In this document: positions 11,001 through 21,049 of the stretch, one piece after another
How the letters are laid out: every line of letters begins with the position of its first letter
Numbering within the stretch: the stretch's first letter is position 1
Assembly: GCA_963765495.1 (NCBI GenBank)
Contig: CAVXWP010000015.1
Location: 96,001-160,000, forward strand
DNA from: Blastocatellia bacterium
GTDB lineage: Bacteria; Acidobacteriota; Blastocatellia; UBA7656
Length of the DNA stretch: 64,000 nucleotides
Direction of reading: 5' to 3'
The notes under the pieces: generated by a model
Database searches by the model: none
The model's input: the letters and a program-made list of their open reading frames with translations, nothing else
What the model was told of the DNA's origin: nothing
Made by a program: the position numbers and the translations under genes

Positions 11001-11140
11001 TGTATGACGATTCTTTCTTGCAAGAGTAAGCGAGCCTGACTCGATTGTGGAGTCAGTGCCGTGATAGTAAGTACGCACAGCGCGATCAACAGTGACTTTG
11101 AAAAACAAGCCATGGGGGCGAAAAACCTCTGATCTCCCAT
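8081..11140 (-). CDS. lptD: LPS-assembly protein LptD with a long charged low-complexity insertion
   Basis: Signal peptide; OstA-like N-domain (AEGYV, LQADRA, TACEDVEPKW); RKSGFLLP; KHVIEP; C-terminal WDCCG and FSFTFSLAGLG. Confidence 0.85.
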   Translation of the reverse strand: MGDQRFFAPMACFSKSLLIALCVLTITALTPQSSQARLLLQERIVIQQPEQKEDKDDQTDETDKADQGKEGKKDKKKKKRAQRASLGSDEKEGTVAEAPARSAATRVIPVDLVSDHQSRTGDIIIAEGYVNATQGEVRLQADRATFNTTTGDMVAEGNVIFDQGDDQRVTARRAEINWTSKKATFWDTTGFTNHTQTGEYLFYTAERVEKTGPQTYELINASVTACEDVEPKWRFSAERAELKMGDRVKLHDSTFYVRGLPAFYLPYAWIPATKKERKSGFLLPITGNSNQKGRILKTAYYQTLGQSADITIRNDLYTSRGLGFGAEFRAQTDQKSYIRMGVYTVKDRLFGEPGDDQGGTAFVTEAVQYLPHGWLAVADVSLVSSLQFRQVFSDNISDVIDPRRESTFYLNNNTGNFSFNFLAANETTTIFRPSSDPESTPTTGTNFDIKIRQAPEINLTSYPKRILDRLPIYYSFEATVGSLKREESVAGESVLITPASVQRFDLQSKITAPLATFAGVAITPSLSLRETYYSNRLDPSVPVFNPETFALNPGDPRLDPAQKEFNSLIKIFDPASLNPVTSDSISRHYGEFDLDIRPPALEKDYLNPDGSERFKHVIEPYITYRKTGGIGEEFEEIIRFDERDAIANTNEFEYAVVNRFFIQRSASDIARGRIRKREDREPSEMEIEGPEEQKRNKRRKDANEQQPETTTKESENSDLNPETAKENPETEGQEPGAAGQAPADKKQKIETGDKAELNVEGKNNQTKRARGNSKNTKKNDSDDDDDDDDDASNLDAPPQAYEFLSVKVAQKYFFDRNFGGALIAGRRNQFYPINTLTGFSYGGRARSFSPLNVQVRYRPLSSVYADLRMDIGSEDKAVRNVIVGGGFDRGKFSVAGNWYLSRKIEIAPNSFEPGTFAGNQVVTTVQYGKENQGFYGGTRIGYDFTDRFLTGGQFSKGRLRYSRSYFGYGWDCCGVQFNYNTFKAGLRNESAFSFTFSLAGLGAVGTDQFSQLGNGIGNR

Positions 11141-11195
11141 CTGTTCTGACGTAAATCGGATACTAACACGCGACTCGCAAAACGGGCAATGTGGA

Positions 11196-11286
11196 GTGGT
11201 TCGTGATGCGTGAAATGAGTAGCTAATAGAATTTTGATATTCGACGATCTCCGGTCACGCATCACGAATCACGTTTCACTCTCTCA
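11196..11286. repeat. TCACGCA-family heptamer-armed inverted element running into the cusB stop
   Basis: GTGGTTC GTGATGC GTGAAAT ...~38 nt... TCACGCA TCACGAA TCACGTT TCACTCT C TCA (stop). Confidence 0.8.
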
Positions 11287-13011
11287 CCTCACCACGACCG
11301 TCCCCCGGAGCATGTCCATCCCGCAGGTGAATGCAAACTCGCCCGCTCTTGTGGGCGTGAACTCCACGGTCACAGGTTCGTTTAAGGGCAGATCGCGCTT
11401 GACGCCGTACTCAGGGATAAGCAACTCCGTTCCGCACGTTACCTCAACCTGACGAATGAAAGTCAATCGCGCAGGCACGCCCCGGCGCAAGGTTATGCTT
11501 GACGGTTTATACCCTGCCTCATTCACAACTACTCTTATGGATTGAATTTTAGGCGCGCCTTGTTGCGCGCTTTGTTGCGCGTCGGATGTTTCCGGTTGAG
11601 CCTCTTTCGGGTCCGCGACCGGAGAGCCTGTCGCCGTCATGGATTGCGACGGGTTTAGCTTGAGGCTTTCGGCTCTCAGCAGAAAACTCCCTTCCGTCAC
11701 AACAGGCTCGCCCGCGCTCACCCCGCTGTAGACCGGCACAAACCCGTTCGTCTCCGGCCCGGTCGTTACTTCGCGCTGCACGAACAGGCCGGGTTTATCG
11801 CCCGCCACATAGACTACCTGTTTCGCTCCGATGAATTGCAAGGCCCGGCGAGGCACAAGCGTTGCCGACCGCGCGCTCGATGGATTTGCAGTCGAGCCGC
11901 CAAAAGTTATGTCTACGAACATGCCAAACTTGAGCGCCTCGCCGGGGTTTGCGACCTCTATTCGCGCCTGAGCGGTGCGCGTTTGCGGCTCGACATTCGG
12001 ATCAACATAAGAGACGCGCCCCGTAAAAGTTCGCTCGGGATAAGCGGGCGTGGTTATCCGAGCGCGCGTTCCAACTTGCGCCGCTCTCAGGTCGTTTTCA
12101 TAGACCTGCCCGATCACCCACACCGTCGATAGATCGACCACACGGAAAAGCTCCTTGCCCGTAGCCACGACCTCTCCCGTATTGGCCGTGCGACTGGTGA
12201 TGGTTCCCGAAATGGGCGCGGGAACCGAGATTAGCGAACTTATCTCGCCCGATGCAGCGAGCGCCTCAACCTGCTTCGGAGTCAGTCCGAGCAATAATAA
12301 ACGCTCGCGCGCGGAGAGCGCGTTCGCCTCCGCGGCCTTATGCATCGAGGCCACCCGTTCGAGTTCTTCGCGGCTGACCGCGCCTATCTCTACAAGCTCG
12401 ACAGTCCGCTTGTAATGCTGATGATGCTCTTCGAGGTCGGCCAGCAGTTTGAGGTATGCCGCCTGCGCATCCGCAAGCTCGGTGCTGAAGATAACAGCAA
12501 TCGGTTGCCCGCGCCTGACCTTATCGCCAAGCTCCGCATTGACCTGACGAACGATTCCGCCCGCTACGGGCATCACAGGAACCTCCTTGTAGGCATTTGC
12601 CTGCACCGTTCCGGTTGTTCGCAATCCGTAGCCGTCAGGCGTCTGTGCGCTCGTTTGCCCGACTGCCGTTTCGGTCTTTATCTGAGCGTTTTCGATTTCG
12701 CCGGCAGGCAGGCTTATGACTACTTCGCCCGGTCGAGGCGCGACTCCGCTCGAAGACGAAAGGGGCGTGTCGAATAACGGCGCGGGCACAGGCTTTCCAA
12801 CTCGGCTCTCGAATCTGCCTCTAAATATCAAGGCGAGCGCAACCGCTGCCGTTGCAATCAACACGAGCGCAACTATGAGCCACCTCCTGCGCCTGCTGAT
12901 ACGAGTGACACCAGGCCGCGAAGGATCGTCAAGTGGAGGGGCTTCCTTTAAGAGAACGACACTCGATTCGCCCTCTTGATTTTGCCCGGTCTCTTTATTG
13001 AAATTCTCCAT
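11284..13011 (-). CDS. cusB: Heavy-metal RND efflux membrane fusion protein (CusB/CzcB-like) with a C-terminal cupredoxin domain
   Basis: N-terminal TM anchor; APISGTI, DLSTVWV, TRTAQARIE and LKFGMFV motifs; C-terminal GYKPSSITL...TCG...FTCGMDMLRG cupredoxin. Start at MENFN after a GAGG RBS. Confidence 0.85.
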   Translation of the reverse strand: MENFNKETGQNQEGESSVVLLKEAPPLDDPSRPGVTRISRRRRWLIVALVLIATAAVALALIFRGRFESRVGKPVPAPLFDTPLSSSSGVAPRPGEVVISLPAGEIENAQIKTETAVGQTSAQTPDGYGLRTTGTVQANAYKEVPVMPVAGGIVRQVNAELGDKVRRGQPIAVIFSTELADAQAAYLKLLADLEEHHQHYKRTVELVEIGAVSREELERVASMHKAAEANALSARERLLLLGLTPKQVEALAASGEISSLISVPAPISGTITSRTANTGEVVATGKELFRVVDLSTVWVIGQVYENDLRAAQVGTRARITTPAYPERTFTGRVSYVDPNVEPQTRTAQARIEVANPGEALKFGMFVDITFGGSTANPSSARSATLVPRRALQFIGAKQVVYVAGDKPGLFVQREVTTGPETNGFVPVYSGVSAGEPVVTEGSFLLRAESLKLNPSQSMTATGSPVADPKEAQPETSDAQQSAQQGAPKIQSIRVVVNEAGYKPSSITLRRGVPARLTFIRQVEVTCGTELLIPEYGVKRDLPLNEPVTVEFTPTRAGEFAFTCGMDMLRGTVVVR

Positions 13012-13025
13012 TTTCCTCGCTCCTC

Positions 13026-14423
13026 TCATACGCCCGGAACGGCTGTGCCCGCAACTCGTTCGATCTCTACGAGCGAATCAAAGTACTCCTTCAGTACATC
13101 GGTGTAGCCGGTCTCTACCTCGATATAACGACGCTGCTCGGCTATATAATCGAGCAGCGATTTCTGCCCGAGCACATAGGTCTGGCGAATTACGTCGAGA
13201 TTCTTCTGAGCCTGAGAGCGAACGTTGTCGCGGTAGACTTCGAGCGCCTCGCGGGCGTGCTCGAATCTGGCATAAGCCGAAGCCACCTCGTTTTGAGTCA
13301 CTATTTCGGCAAACTGACGACGGCTGTGAGCGGCTTCAAGCTGAGCCTCGGCCGCTTCGATATTGCCCTGATTCTTATTTCTGACCGGCAGCGTCAACTT
13401 GACCCCGAACGTGGCGAAATGGAATATGCCGTGAACGGGCGCAAGCCTTCCCGCATCGTCAAAGCCTCGCACGCCATAACCCATGTCCTGCCGCATGTAG
13501 TTTGCAAACAGGCTCGCGTCAATCTTGCCTTCCACGCGAGCCTGCTCGATCTGCGCGAGCGCGAGTTGTTCGGCTGCGCGAGCGGCTGCCAGATCGGGCC
13601 GCGAGCCAAGCGCGTTTTGAAGTGCCTCGGCTTCCGAAGGCGGCTGTCTGTCTGTGCTGAATTCGCCTCGCAATCGAAGAGGCTCGGTGGGCGGCACGCC
13701 CGCGACTTTTTTCAATTCGAGCAAGGCCACTTCGACCCGGCCCTCGTAATTGATCCGCATCGAATCTACGCGATTTAGTTCGACAAAGACCATGCTCTGT
13801 TCGAGCGGGGCAGTCTTTCCGCTTTCGACTCGCACTTGAATCAAATGATGAGAGTCGCGTGTGAGCGAAAGCAGGTCCTCGATGTATTTCAGATTGCGCG
13901 CCGCCGCGATCACCTCCGAGTATTTCAGTCGCACCTCGGCGGCAAGCTTGCGCTCGAAATCGGCTACCTCGCTTTCGCGCAACTCAAACTCGCGCGCGGC
14001 CACCTCGACGCGGGCCTCGCGGCGCCCGCCAAGTTCGAGCGGCAGTTCGGCCCCGATCATCAGATTGTTGTCAGAGGTATTAACGGCGCGCCCGTAGCTG
14101 CTTTCGAGCATGGGATTTGGGCGAAAGCCCGCCTGCCGCAATCGTCCTCGCGCTTCGGCTATCATCTGCCGCGCTGCGCGAAGCTCGCCGTTACGCTCGA
14201 AGGCATAACGAACCAGATCATCCGCCGGAAGGCCGTTTACCGGGTCAATGAAACGCGAGTAGCCGGAAGGCGTTTGGGCGGGTTCAACCGGCGGGGCAGG
14301 CTTGCCCGAAATCACGAGGCCGATTCTTTCCTGCCCGCTCGCCGTTTGCGGCAGCGCCGTGATCGCAGCACAACACAGTACGAGTATTACTGCGAGAGGT
14401 CGTAATAAGAGATTCTTTTCCAT
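13026..14423 (-). CDS. TolC-family outer membrane efflux protein (CusC/CzcC-like)
   Basis: Signal peptide and two OEP repeats (NGEL.AA...PNP; RPDL.AA...LPVRNKNQGNI); lies between cusA and cusB. Confidence 0.88.
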   Translation of the reverse strand: MEKNLLLRPLAVILVLCCAAITALPQTASGQERIGLVISGKPAPPVEPAQTPSGYSRFIDPVNGLPADDLVRYAFERNGELRAARQMIAEARGRLRQAGFRPNPMLESSYGRAVNTSDNNLMIGAELPLELGGRREARVEVAAREFELRESEVADFERKLAAEVRLKYSEVIAAARNLKYIEDLLSLTRDSHHLIQVRVESGKTAPLEQSMVFVELNRVDSMRINYEGRVEVALLELKKVAGVPPTEPLRLRGEFSTDRQPPSEAEALQNALGSRPDLAAARAAEQLALAQIEQARVEGKIDASLFANYMRQDMGYGVRGFDDAGRLAPVHGIFHFATFGVKLTLPVRNKNQGNIEAAEAQLEAAHSRRQFAEIVTQNEVASAYARFEHAREALEVYRDNVRSQAQKNLDVIRQTYVLGQKSLLDYIAEQRRYIEVETGYTDVLKEYFDSLVEIERVAGTAVPGV

Positions 14424-14464
14424 AATTTGTTCCTGATCCTGACCATCCGAGAATGGTCAATGCC

Positions 14465-14550
14465 AATAGGTCACGGACGGACGCGGATGCGACGGATTTT
14501 CGCGGATCAGATCATATGAAGATCAGGTTGAGCCAAATCCGTCAGCAATC
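14465..14550. repeat. Repeat element of ~9-mer units (CGCGGAT-type) between cusA and the OMF gene; shares ~50 bp with 43373-43424 in inverted orientation
   Basis: AATAGGTCACGGACGGACGCGGATGCGACGGATTTTCGCGGATCAGATCAT, with a partial opposite arm AAATCCGTC. Confidence 0.75.
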
Positions 14551-14553
14551 GAT

Positions 14554-17500
14554 TTAACTACCAATCAGATTTACCTCCTCCAGTTTCGCATCTTCTGATC
14601 TAGCCTCTATGTGTTTCATCTGCCGTTCGTGCAGCCAGAAAAATATGACCGGCGTGACTACCAGCACATGCAACAGCGACGAAACCATCCCGCCCAGCAC
14701 CGGAGCCGCAAGCGGTCTCATAACTTCGGCTCCCGCGCTTGTGCTCCACATGATCGGGAGCAGCCCCGCAATCACCGTGGTCACGGTCATCAGCTTTGGC
14801 CGAAGCCGCAAGACAGCGCCTTCTATTACGGCTTCCCTCAGTTGTTCTCGCGTGAGCCTTTCCCCGTGTTCGAGCCGTTTTCGCTCGACCGCTTCGTTCA
14901 GATAGATCACCATCACGACGCCCGTCTCTACGGCTGTGCCAAACAGCGCGATAAAGCCTACCCACACCGCGACCGAAAAGTTGTAGCCGAGTGCGTAAAG
15001 CAGGTAAATGCCTCCGGTGAGCGCAAACGGCACGGCCAGCAATACATGCGCCGCCTCAAGCAACGAGTGATAGGTGAAGTAGAGCAGCAGGAATATGACA
15101 ACGAGCACAAGCGGGAGGACGAATTGCAGCCGCGCGCGGGCGCGTTGTTGATTCTCGTACCCGCCGCTCCACTCAACGTAATAGCCCGGCGGTAGTTGTA
15201 CGCGCTCGCCGAGAGCCCGCTTTGCCTCTTCTACGAAACTGCCCACATCGCGGTCGCGCACGTTCAGAGTCACGGTCGAGCGCAAAAGACCGTTCTCGCT
15301 TGAGATCATAGCCGGACCCGCCACCGTGTTTATCCTCGCAATCTGCGAGAGCGGTATGTGCGCGCCGCCGGGCGCAGGAACTATCAACTGACCGAGGGAC
15401 GCCGGGTCGGCGCGAAACTCCGCGCCGTAGCGCACGCGGACGGGGAACCGCTTGCGCCCCTCAATTGTCACGGTCAGGTTGGTCTCGCCTATGCCTGTGT
15501 CTACCACGCGCTGAATCGTGTCCACCGCAATGCCGTAACGCGCCGCCCGCTGCCGGTCTATCTGTATGTCTACGTAGGGCGTTCCTGTGATCTGCTCGGG
15601 GTAGACATCCGTAGCGCCCCTTACGGTCTTCAATACCGAGGCCGCTTCACGAGCGCGGTTTTCCAGTTCCCCGAGATCGCTGCCGAATATCTTTACGCCT
15701 ACCTGAGTGCGTATCCCGGTTGCCAGCATCTCTATGCGGTTAATGATCGGCTGAGTCCAGATGTTTGTCACACCCGGCATGGCGAGTTTCTCATCCATCT
15801 CTGCGATCAGCTTTTCGCGGGTCAATCCCGGTCGCCATTGTTCTTGCGGTTTCAGATGAACGATGGTCTCGTTCATATTGACCGGGGCCGGGTCGGTAGA
15901 GGTTTCCGCCCGTCCCGCTTTGCCCACGACAAGGGCGACTTCGGGAAATGATTTCAGGATTTCATCCTGCCGCTGCATGATCTTGAGCGCCTCGTCTATC
16001 GAGATGGCCGGATCGGTCACGGGCATATACATCAGATCGCCTTCGTTTAGCTCGGGCATGAACTCGCTGCCGATTCGCGTGGCCAGAAACATCGCTCCGC
16101 CGAATAGCGAGGCCGCAAGCAGGATGGTGATGGCCCGATGCGTGAGCGCCAGTTTGAGCACCGGCTGATAAATTCGGTGCAGCACTCGCATAAGCGGGTT
16201 GTCGTTTTCGGAATGAAACCGCCCGCCCAGAAGCAGACTGCACAGCACGGGCACGAGCGTGATGGCGATGACGCTTGCACCCACCATCGCAAAAGTCTTT
16301 GTGAATGCCAGCGGGTGAAAGAGCTTGCCTTCGCGCCCCGTCAGCGCAAAGACGGGGACGAATGCCAGTATGATGATCGCCATCGAATAGAAGATCGGAC
16401 GCCCCACAAGCCTTGTTGATTCGAGCACCGTTTGCCAGATTCGCTTGCGGTCGCGCGGGTCGATATTTTCTTTCTCGATATACCGGAATGCGTTCTCGGT
16501 GACTACGATCCCGGCATCGACCAGCACACCGATGGCGATTGCTATCCCGGCAAGCGACATCAGATTCGAACTGATCCCCATGTAATACATAAACAGAAAC
16601 GACATCAGCACGGCGAGCGGCAGCGGGATCGTGACTATCAGAATCGAGCGGAAGTGAAACAGAAAGATGATGTGAGCGAGCGTGACAAGTATCAACTCTT
16701 CGATAAGAGCGCGCTTGAGCGTTCCGGTCGCGCGATGAATCAACTCGGTCCGGTCATAGAAGGGAACTATTTTTACACCCGCAGGCAGCCCCGCTTCGAG
16801 CGAAGCGATCTTTGCCTTGACCTTCTCTATCACATCCAGAGTGTTTACGCCGTAGCGGGCGATCACAACTCCGCCGACCGCCTCTTTGCCGTTGCGGTCG
16901 AGCGCGCCTACGCGGAACGCATCGCCTATATCTACGCTTGCAACGTTGCGAACATAGATCGGCGTGCCGTTTGAAGCGCCTATCACAATGTTTTCGACAT
17001 CCTTGACCGATTCGATCAACCCTACGCCGCGCACTACGGACCACTGCCCGTTCTGCTCGATGACGTTGCCGCCCACGTTGTTATTGCTTCGCACGACGCT
17101 ATCGACAAGCATCGAGAACGGGATGTCGTAAGCGCGGAGCCGGTTCGGATCAACATCGATCTGATATTGCTGTACATACCCGCCGACGCTTGCGGCTTCG
17201 GCCACGCCGGGCACGGAATTGAGCTGGTATCTGACAAACCAGTCTTGCAGAGTGCGGAGGTCGCGCAAGGAATGGCCCTCGCCTTCGAGCGTGTACCAGA
17301 AGACCTGGCCCACGCCCGTGGCATCAGGCCCAAGCGTAGGCACTACGCCTTCGGGCAAATCTCTGGTCACCAGATTCAGGCGTTCGAGCACCCGCGTGCG
17401 TGCCCAGTAAAGATCGACCGAGTCTTCAAAGATGACGTTGATCATCGAAAAGCCAAACGCCGATTGGCCTCGCACATTGCGCACGCCCGCAAGTCCCTGA

Positions 17501-17718
17501 AGCTGTGTGGTGAGCGGATAAGTGATCTGGTCTTCGACCTCTTGCGGAGAGCGGCCCGTCCAATCCGTGAAGACGATAACCTGATTGTCGGACAGGTCAG
17601 GTATCGCATCAATCGGCGTGTGAATCAGCGCCCAGTATCCCCACACGGCCAGCAACAGGTAGCCGGTCACGATGATGACGCGATTCTTAAGCGAGAACTC
17701 TATTATCCGATTAATCAT
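14554..17718 (-). CDS. cusA: CusA-family Cu(I)/Ag(I) RND efflux pump
   Basis: [54 protein letters not shown] (Met triad positions) and RLRPKLMT. True start is MINRII at 17718; the upstream ORF extension is translated repeat. Confidence 0.95.
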   Translation of the reverse strand: MINRIIEFSLKNRVIIVTGYLLLAVWGYWALIHTPIDAIPDLSDNQVIVFTDWTGRSPQEVEDQITYPLTTQLQGLAGVRNVRGQSAFGFSMINVIFEDSVDLYWARTRVLERLNLVTRDLPEGVVPTLGPDATGVGQVFWYTLEGEGHSLRDLRTLQDWFVRYQLNSVPGVAEAASVGGYVQQYQIDVDPNRLRAYDIPFSMLVDSVVRSNNNVGGNVIEQNGQWSVVRGVGLIESVKDVENIVIGASNGTPIYVRNVASVDIGDAFRVGALDRNGKEAVGGVVIARYGVNTLDVIEKVKAKIASLEAGLPAGVKIVPFYDRTELIHRATGTLKRALIEELILVTLAHIIFLFHFRSILIVTIPLPLAVLMSFLFMYYMGISSNLMSLAGIAIAIGVLVDAGIVVTENAFRYIEKENIDPRDRKRIWQTVLESTRLVGRPIFYSMAIIILAFVPVFALTGREGKLFHPLAFTKTFAMVGASVIAITLVPVLCSLLLGGRFHSENDNPLMRVLHRIYQPVLKLALTHRAITILLAASLFGGAMFLATRIGSEFMPELNEGDLMYMPVTDPAISIDEALKIMQRQDEILKSFPEVALVVGKAGRAETSTDPAPVNMNETIVHLKPQEQWRPGLTREKLIAEMDEKLAMPGVTNIWTQPIINRIEMLATGIRTQVGVKIFGSDLGELENRAREAASVLKTVRGATDVYPEQITGTPYVDIQIDRQRAARYGIAVDTIQRVVDTGIGETNLTVTIEGRKRFPVRVRYGAEFRADPASLGQLIVPAPGGAHIPLSQIARINTVAGPAMISSENGLLRSTVTLNVRDRDVGSFVEEAKRALGERVQLPPGYYVEWSGGYENQQRARARLQFVLPLVLVVIFLLLYFTYHSLLEAAHVLLAVPFALTGGIYLLYALGYNFSVAVWVGFIALFGTAVETGVVMVIYLNEAVERKRLEHGERLTREQLREAVIEGAVLRLRPKLMTVTTVIAGLLPIMWSTSAGAEVMRPLAAPVLGGMVSSLLHVLVVTPVIFFWLHERQMKHIEARSEDAKLEEVNLIGS

Positions 17719-17724
17719 GATATT

Positions 17725-17842
17725 CCAGGGGTCGGGGGTCGGGGGCCAGAGCCCGGTAGGCTGACCGGGGTGGAGGGGCAAAATTCGCAGTGTCTCTTGC
17801 GGCCTCCTTACACCGGCCCCTGGCCCCTGGCCCCCGGCCCCC
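17725..17842. repeat. GGGGYCR heptamer-armed inverted element inside the cus operon
   Basis: CCAGGGG TCGGGGG TCGGGGG CCAG ... CCGGCCCC TGGCCCC TGGCCCC CGGCCCCC. Confidence 0.85.
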
Positions 17843-17846
17843 ATCC

Positions 17847-18266
17847 TTATTGGGTCATGACGCTCATGCTCGTCTGACCTGTGCCATGCGCCCCCTGGTA
17901 CTGGATTATTGCTTCCCAGGTGCCTTTCATTTCGATATTGATCTCAGCGCGGTACCTGCCTGCGGTGTCGGTCGTCGTCAGCGTGGCCACGTCGTTCATC
18001 TCGGCCATCGCGCCCATTGCGGGCATGTGAAATTTGAGCGATGCGGCCCCGACATCCACCGGGTTTCCACTTGCATCCGCGAAGGAGATGACAAGGACGT
18101 TTTCGCCGCTTTTCAGCTCGCCTGTCGCGCTCGATAAGGTGATGATCAGATTATCTGTCTTCGCAGATTTGATGACTCTGTTGTCCGGGTTTGCAGCGCC
18201 GCACGCGGCGGCCATCAACCCGCTGATTAAGATTGCGAGAGTTAAGAAGATAGTACTGGCTCTCAT
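17847..18266 (-). CDS. FixH/YtkA-like lipoprotein, Met-rich (candidate metal chaperone)
   Basis: Lipobox MAAAC; G.N...I...DASGNPV; MPAMGAM; GRY......M.GTW. GGAG RBS before ATG 18266 (alternative start 18281). Confidence 0.75.
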   Translation of the reverse strand: MRASTIFLTLAILISGLMAAACGAANPDNRVIKSAKTDNLIITLSSATGELKSGENVLVISFADASGNPVDVGAASLKFHMPAMGAMAEMNDVATLTTTDTAGRYRAEINIEMKGTWEAIIQYQGAHGTGQTSMSVMTQ

Positions 18267-18421
18267 AAACTGCTTCTCCATCAGTAGACCGGCGGCCTAC
18301 GCGATTGGTTCCTGATCCGGGACGGACCGCGAGTACCAACCGCTCAAATGAAATGTGATCGAACAGCTATGGATGGCTGCGCGATGGTTATGAATAGTTG
18401 GGAATTAGGCACACTACGGCT

Positions 18422-18799
18422 CTAGATCAGCAGAGCGCCGGTCTCAAGATAGAGAGAGGAAGAGATTATTCGAGTTGGAGTTGACAGATGAGAAAGCCTG
18501 ATGCGCTCGACTGACAAAAATGCTGCCGGATTTGAAGGCGAATAAGCCGCGCTGTTTCTGTGCCGTTCATCGGCAAGAAAATTTGCAGGTGATGGTGCAT
18601 TTGTGCCTGTGGGTTGTTTGCAATCCATCACGCAGCAAAGCCTCGCCTGACTCGATTGCTGCTCGTGTCGAAGCGCGCTTCGACAACAACGAGCCATGCA
18701 TTCTTCGCCCGTGCCGCCCGGAGATACGGCAGCAAAAGCGTTGCCCATAAAGGCGATTATGAATGTCAGTACGAGGAGCTTTCTCATAACTTGATGCAC
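18422..18799 (-). CDS. Cys-rich exported hypothetical protein leading the copper efflux operon
   Basis: Signal-like N-terminus, CMARCC...CCVMDC and C-terminal LYLETGALLI; same strand as and directly upstream of the cus genes. Confidence 0.65.
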   Translation of the reverse strand: MHQVMRKLLVLTFIIAFMGNAFAAVSPGGTGEECMARCCRSALRHEQQSSQARLCCVMDCKQPTGTNAPSPANFLADERHRNSAAYSPSNPAAFLSVERIRLSHLSTPTRIISSSLYLETGALLI

Positions 18800-18853
18800 G
18801 TAAGTCTAGCACCGCGATTTTTATCGAGTCAATACAATCATCTGAACTCGTAT

Positions 18854-18888
18854 TTTCAAATCTCAGATCTCAGACCTCAAATTCAAGA
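18854..18888. repeat. Heptamer tandem (TCTCARA)x5, single arm
   Basis: TTTCAAA TCTCAGA TCTCAGA CCTCAAA TTCAAGA. Confidence 0.7.
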
Positions 18889-18984
18889 TAAACGTTCTTG
18901 CCGGATGCGGCTATGATGTAAGTCACTTCGGCCTGTGACGCGCGTTGACCGCAGGGTTATCTTTACTGTCTAATCAATCATCTG

Positions 18985-20340
18985 ATGACGAAGCGAATCT
19001 ACACCGCAGAGTGGGTGCTGCCTGTGAGCGCGCCGATGATTTCAGACGGAGCGGTCGCCATTGAAGATGACCGGATAATTTTTGTCGGCGCGAGACGCGC
19101 GGCTGAAAGTCATCCCGAACTCGGTGATGCCGAAACTATTCAACTTGGACGGGCGGCGCTGCTTCCGGGTTTTGTAAACGTTCACACTCATCTGGAACAG
19201 ACGGTGATGCGCGGGTTTCTTGAAGACCTCGGCTTTCGCGACTGGATTTTGAAGCTGACCCGGGCCAGAAATGAGAGGCTTTCAACGGACGATTCGAACG
19301 CGTCGGCTCTGCTTGGCGCGGCCGAAGCTATCCGCGCGGGCGTCACAACGGTTGCAGACACCGGAGATTCATCCTCGCCCTTTGACGCGATTCGAGAAAG
19401 CGGGTTGCGAGGCATCGCTTACCGTGAAGTCTTCGGCCCCGACACGGCGCAGGCCGCTCTCAGCCTCGACGGACTCAAGGCCAAAGTTGATGATATGCGC
19501 GCAAGAGAAACCGGGCTTGCCCGCGTGGGCGTCTCTCCGCACGCGCCTTATACCGTCTCGGGCGATCTGTTTCGCCTTGTGACCGAGTATGCGATTCTGG
19601 AATCGCTCGATATGTGCGTCCACACGGCAGAGTCCGAAATGGAGCAACACATGATGTATTTTGGCGAGGGCGAATTCGCCGATGGATTGCGCGCTCGCGG
19701 CATCGAGTGGAATGCTCCGGGCACGTCTACGATCAAGTATTTCGAAATGCTTGGCGTGCTTGATAACGCGCCGCTGCTCATACATTCGGTCAATGTTACT
19801 GACGAAGATATAGACATCATAGCCCGGTTCGACGCGCGCGTAGCTCACTGCCCCACGTCAAATGCGAAGCTCGGTCATGGCAAGGCAAGGCTTGCGACGA
19901 TGCTTTGGGCGGGTGTCAGAGTCGGGCTTGGAACCGACGGCGTGGCGTCCAACAACCGTTGCGATATGATCGGCGAAGCGCGTTTTTGCGCGCTCGTCCA
20001 TCGCGCCTGGTCGCAAAGTTTTTCCGAGCCTTCGGCTGAAAGAGTGCTGAGACTTGCCACGCTTGACGGGGCGCGGGCGCTCAATCTCGAAGCGGAAATC
20101 GGTTCGCTTGAAGCGGGCAAGCAGGCCGACATAATCGCTATAGACCTTTCTCGCCCACACAACCTGCCCGTGAATGATCCGGTCGCGGCTATAGTCTTTA
20201 GCGCGATGGCCTCTGATGTGACGCTTACGATTGTGGCGGGCCGCCTGCTTTACGATGGCCGCGCGCTAAAGACGCTCGATGAAGATGAACTTCGCATCAG
20301 GGTAGAGGCGGCGCTTGACCGTTTGCACCGGGCTGGATAA
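18985..20340 (+). CDS. Amidohydrolase, MTA/SAH deaminase (MtaD/TrzA-like) family
   Basis: [34 protein letters not shown] and [10 protein letters not shown] motifs. Confidence 0.88.
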   Translation: MTKRIYTAEWVLPVSAPMISDGAVAIEDDRIIFVGARRAAESHPELGDAETIQLGRAALLPGFVNVHTHLEQTVMRGFLEDLGFRDWILKLTRARNERLSTDDSNASALLGAAEAIRAGVTTVADTGDSSSPFDAIRESGLRGIAYREVFGPDTAQAALSLDGLKAKVDDMRARETGLARVGVSPHAPYTVSGDLFRLVTEYAILESLDMCVHTAESEMEQHMMYFGEGEFADGLRARGIEWNAPGTSTIKYFEMLGVLDNAPLLIHSVNVTDEDIDIIARFDARVAHCPTSNAKLGHGKARLATMLWAGVRVGLGTDGVASNNRCDMIGEARFCALVHRAWSQSFSEPSAERVLRLATLDGARALNLEAEIGSLEAGKQADIIAIDLSRPHNLPVNDPVAAIVFSAMASDVTLTIVAGRLLYDGRALKTLDEDELRIRVEAALDRLHRAG

Positions 20341-20439
20341 AAAATCGCGGCGACTTATTTCTTATCCGAGCAGCCCGAAACGCTCTCGGCATCGGCGGTC
20401 AATCCGATTTTGACAGGTCCGGTTTCGCTGACTTGCCGC

Positions 20440-20970
20440 TCACGGGATCGTTATTCTCCCGGTCCAAACGCCGGGTTTGACCCTGCCGCTTCGCGATGCG
20501 CGTCCAAGCAGTACCCCCTCTCCCGAAACGCCCGCAAACGCGCCCGTGCCGCCCGTGATCGTAAAGGCCCCATCGAGAAGCGAAGTATCCGGCCCCGTCG
20601 CCACATCGGTTCCGCTGTAAGTGCCTAAAATCTCATCGCCGGTTGCAAAGATGATCTTGAACCGTCCGTTTGTGAAATTTGGGTCCGAAGGGTCATCGAT
20701 TATGCAGTGGGTCTGATGGACCGTGACCGGGCGAATCTGGCGTAGAAAACTCGCAAATCCTGTCCCCTCTATCGCCACTACGAGAGAAGGGGGATCGCAT
20801 CGCGCCGGGTCCGGAAAAGGGTCTCCAATAAGATTGCCTTTTTCTATTACGGCGACGAACGGCAGTTCTCTTAAGGGCGTAACTCTATCGCCGCGAACGG
20901 GTGCGATTGGGAGCCCTAGAAGGCTCATGATCGCACAAGAGATCATCAACGCTCGTTTGCTTGAAATCAT
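20440..20970 (-). CDS. Secreted hypothetical beta-strand-rich protein
   Basis: Signal peptide, AGGAGG RBS, and a G.FTITGGTG.FAG..GEG motif of dirigent/AOC-like barrels. Confidence 0.75.
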   Translation of the reverse strand: MISSKRALMISCAIMSLLGLPIAPVRGDRVTPLRELPFVAVIEKGNLIGDPFPDPARCDPPSLVVAIEGTGFASFLRQIRPVTVHQTHCIIDDPSDPNFTNGRFKIIFATGDEILGTYSGTDVATGPDTSLLDGAFTITGGTGAFAGVSGEGVLLGRASRSGRVKPGVWTGRITIP

Positions 20971-21049
20971 AATTGCCTCCTTCTCTCTTCTGATTGAGAG
21001 TGTCTATCATCGCGCATCAAACGGCTGTAATCAGGGTCACAGGCTCTCT

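Noticed and set aside
17719-17844. Gly/Pro-rich N-terminal extension of CusA
   Set aside because: It is the translation of the GGGGYCR repeat element; the conserved CusA start is MINRII.
14429-18320. Shared GGATCAGGAAC (minus strand) upstream of the OMF and FixH-like genes
   Set aside because: An 11-bp match at different distances from the starts, and one copy is simply the RBS; it may be chance.
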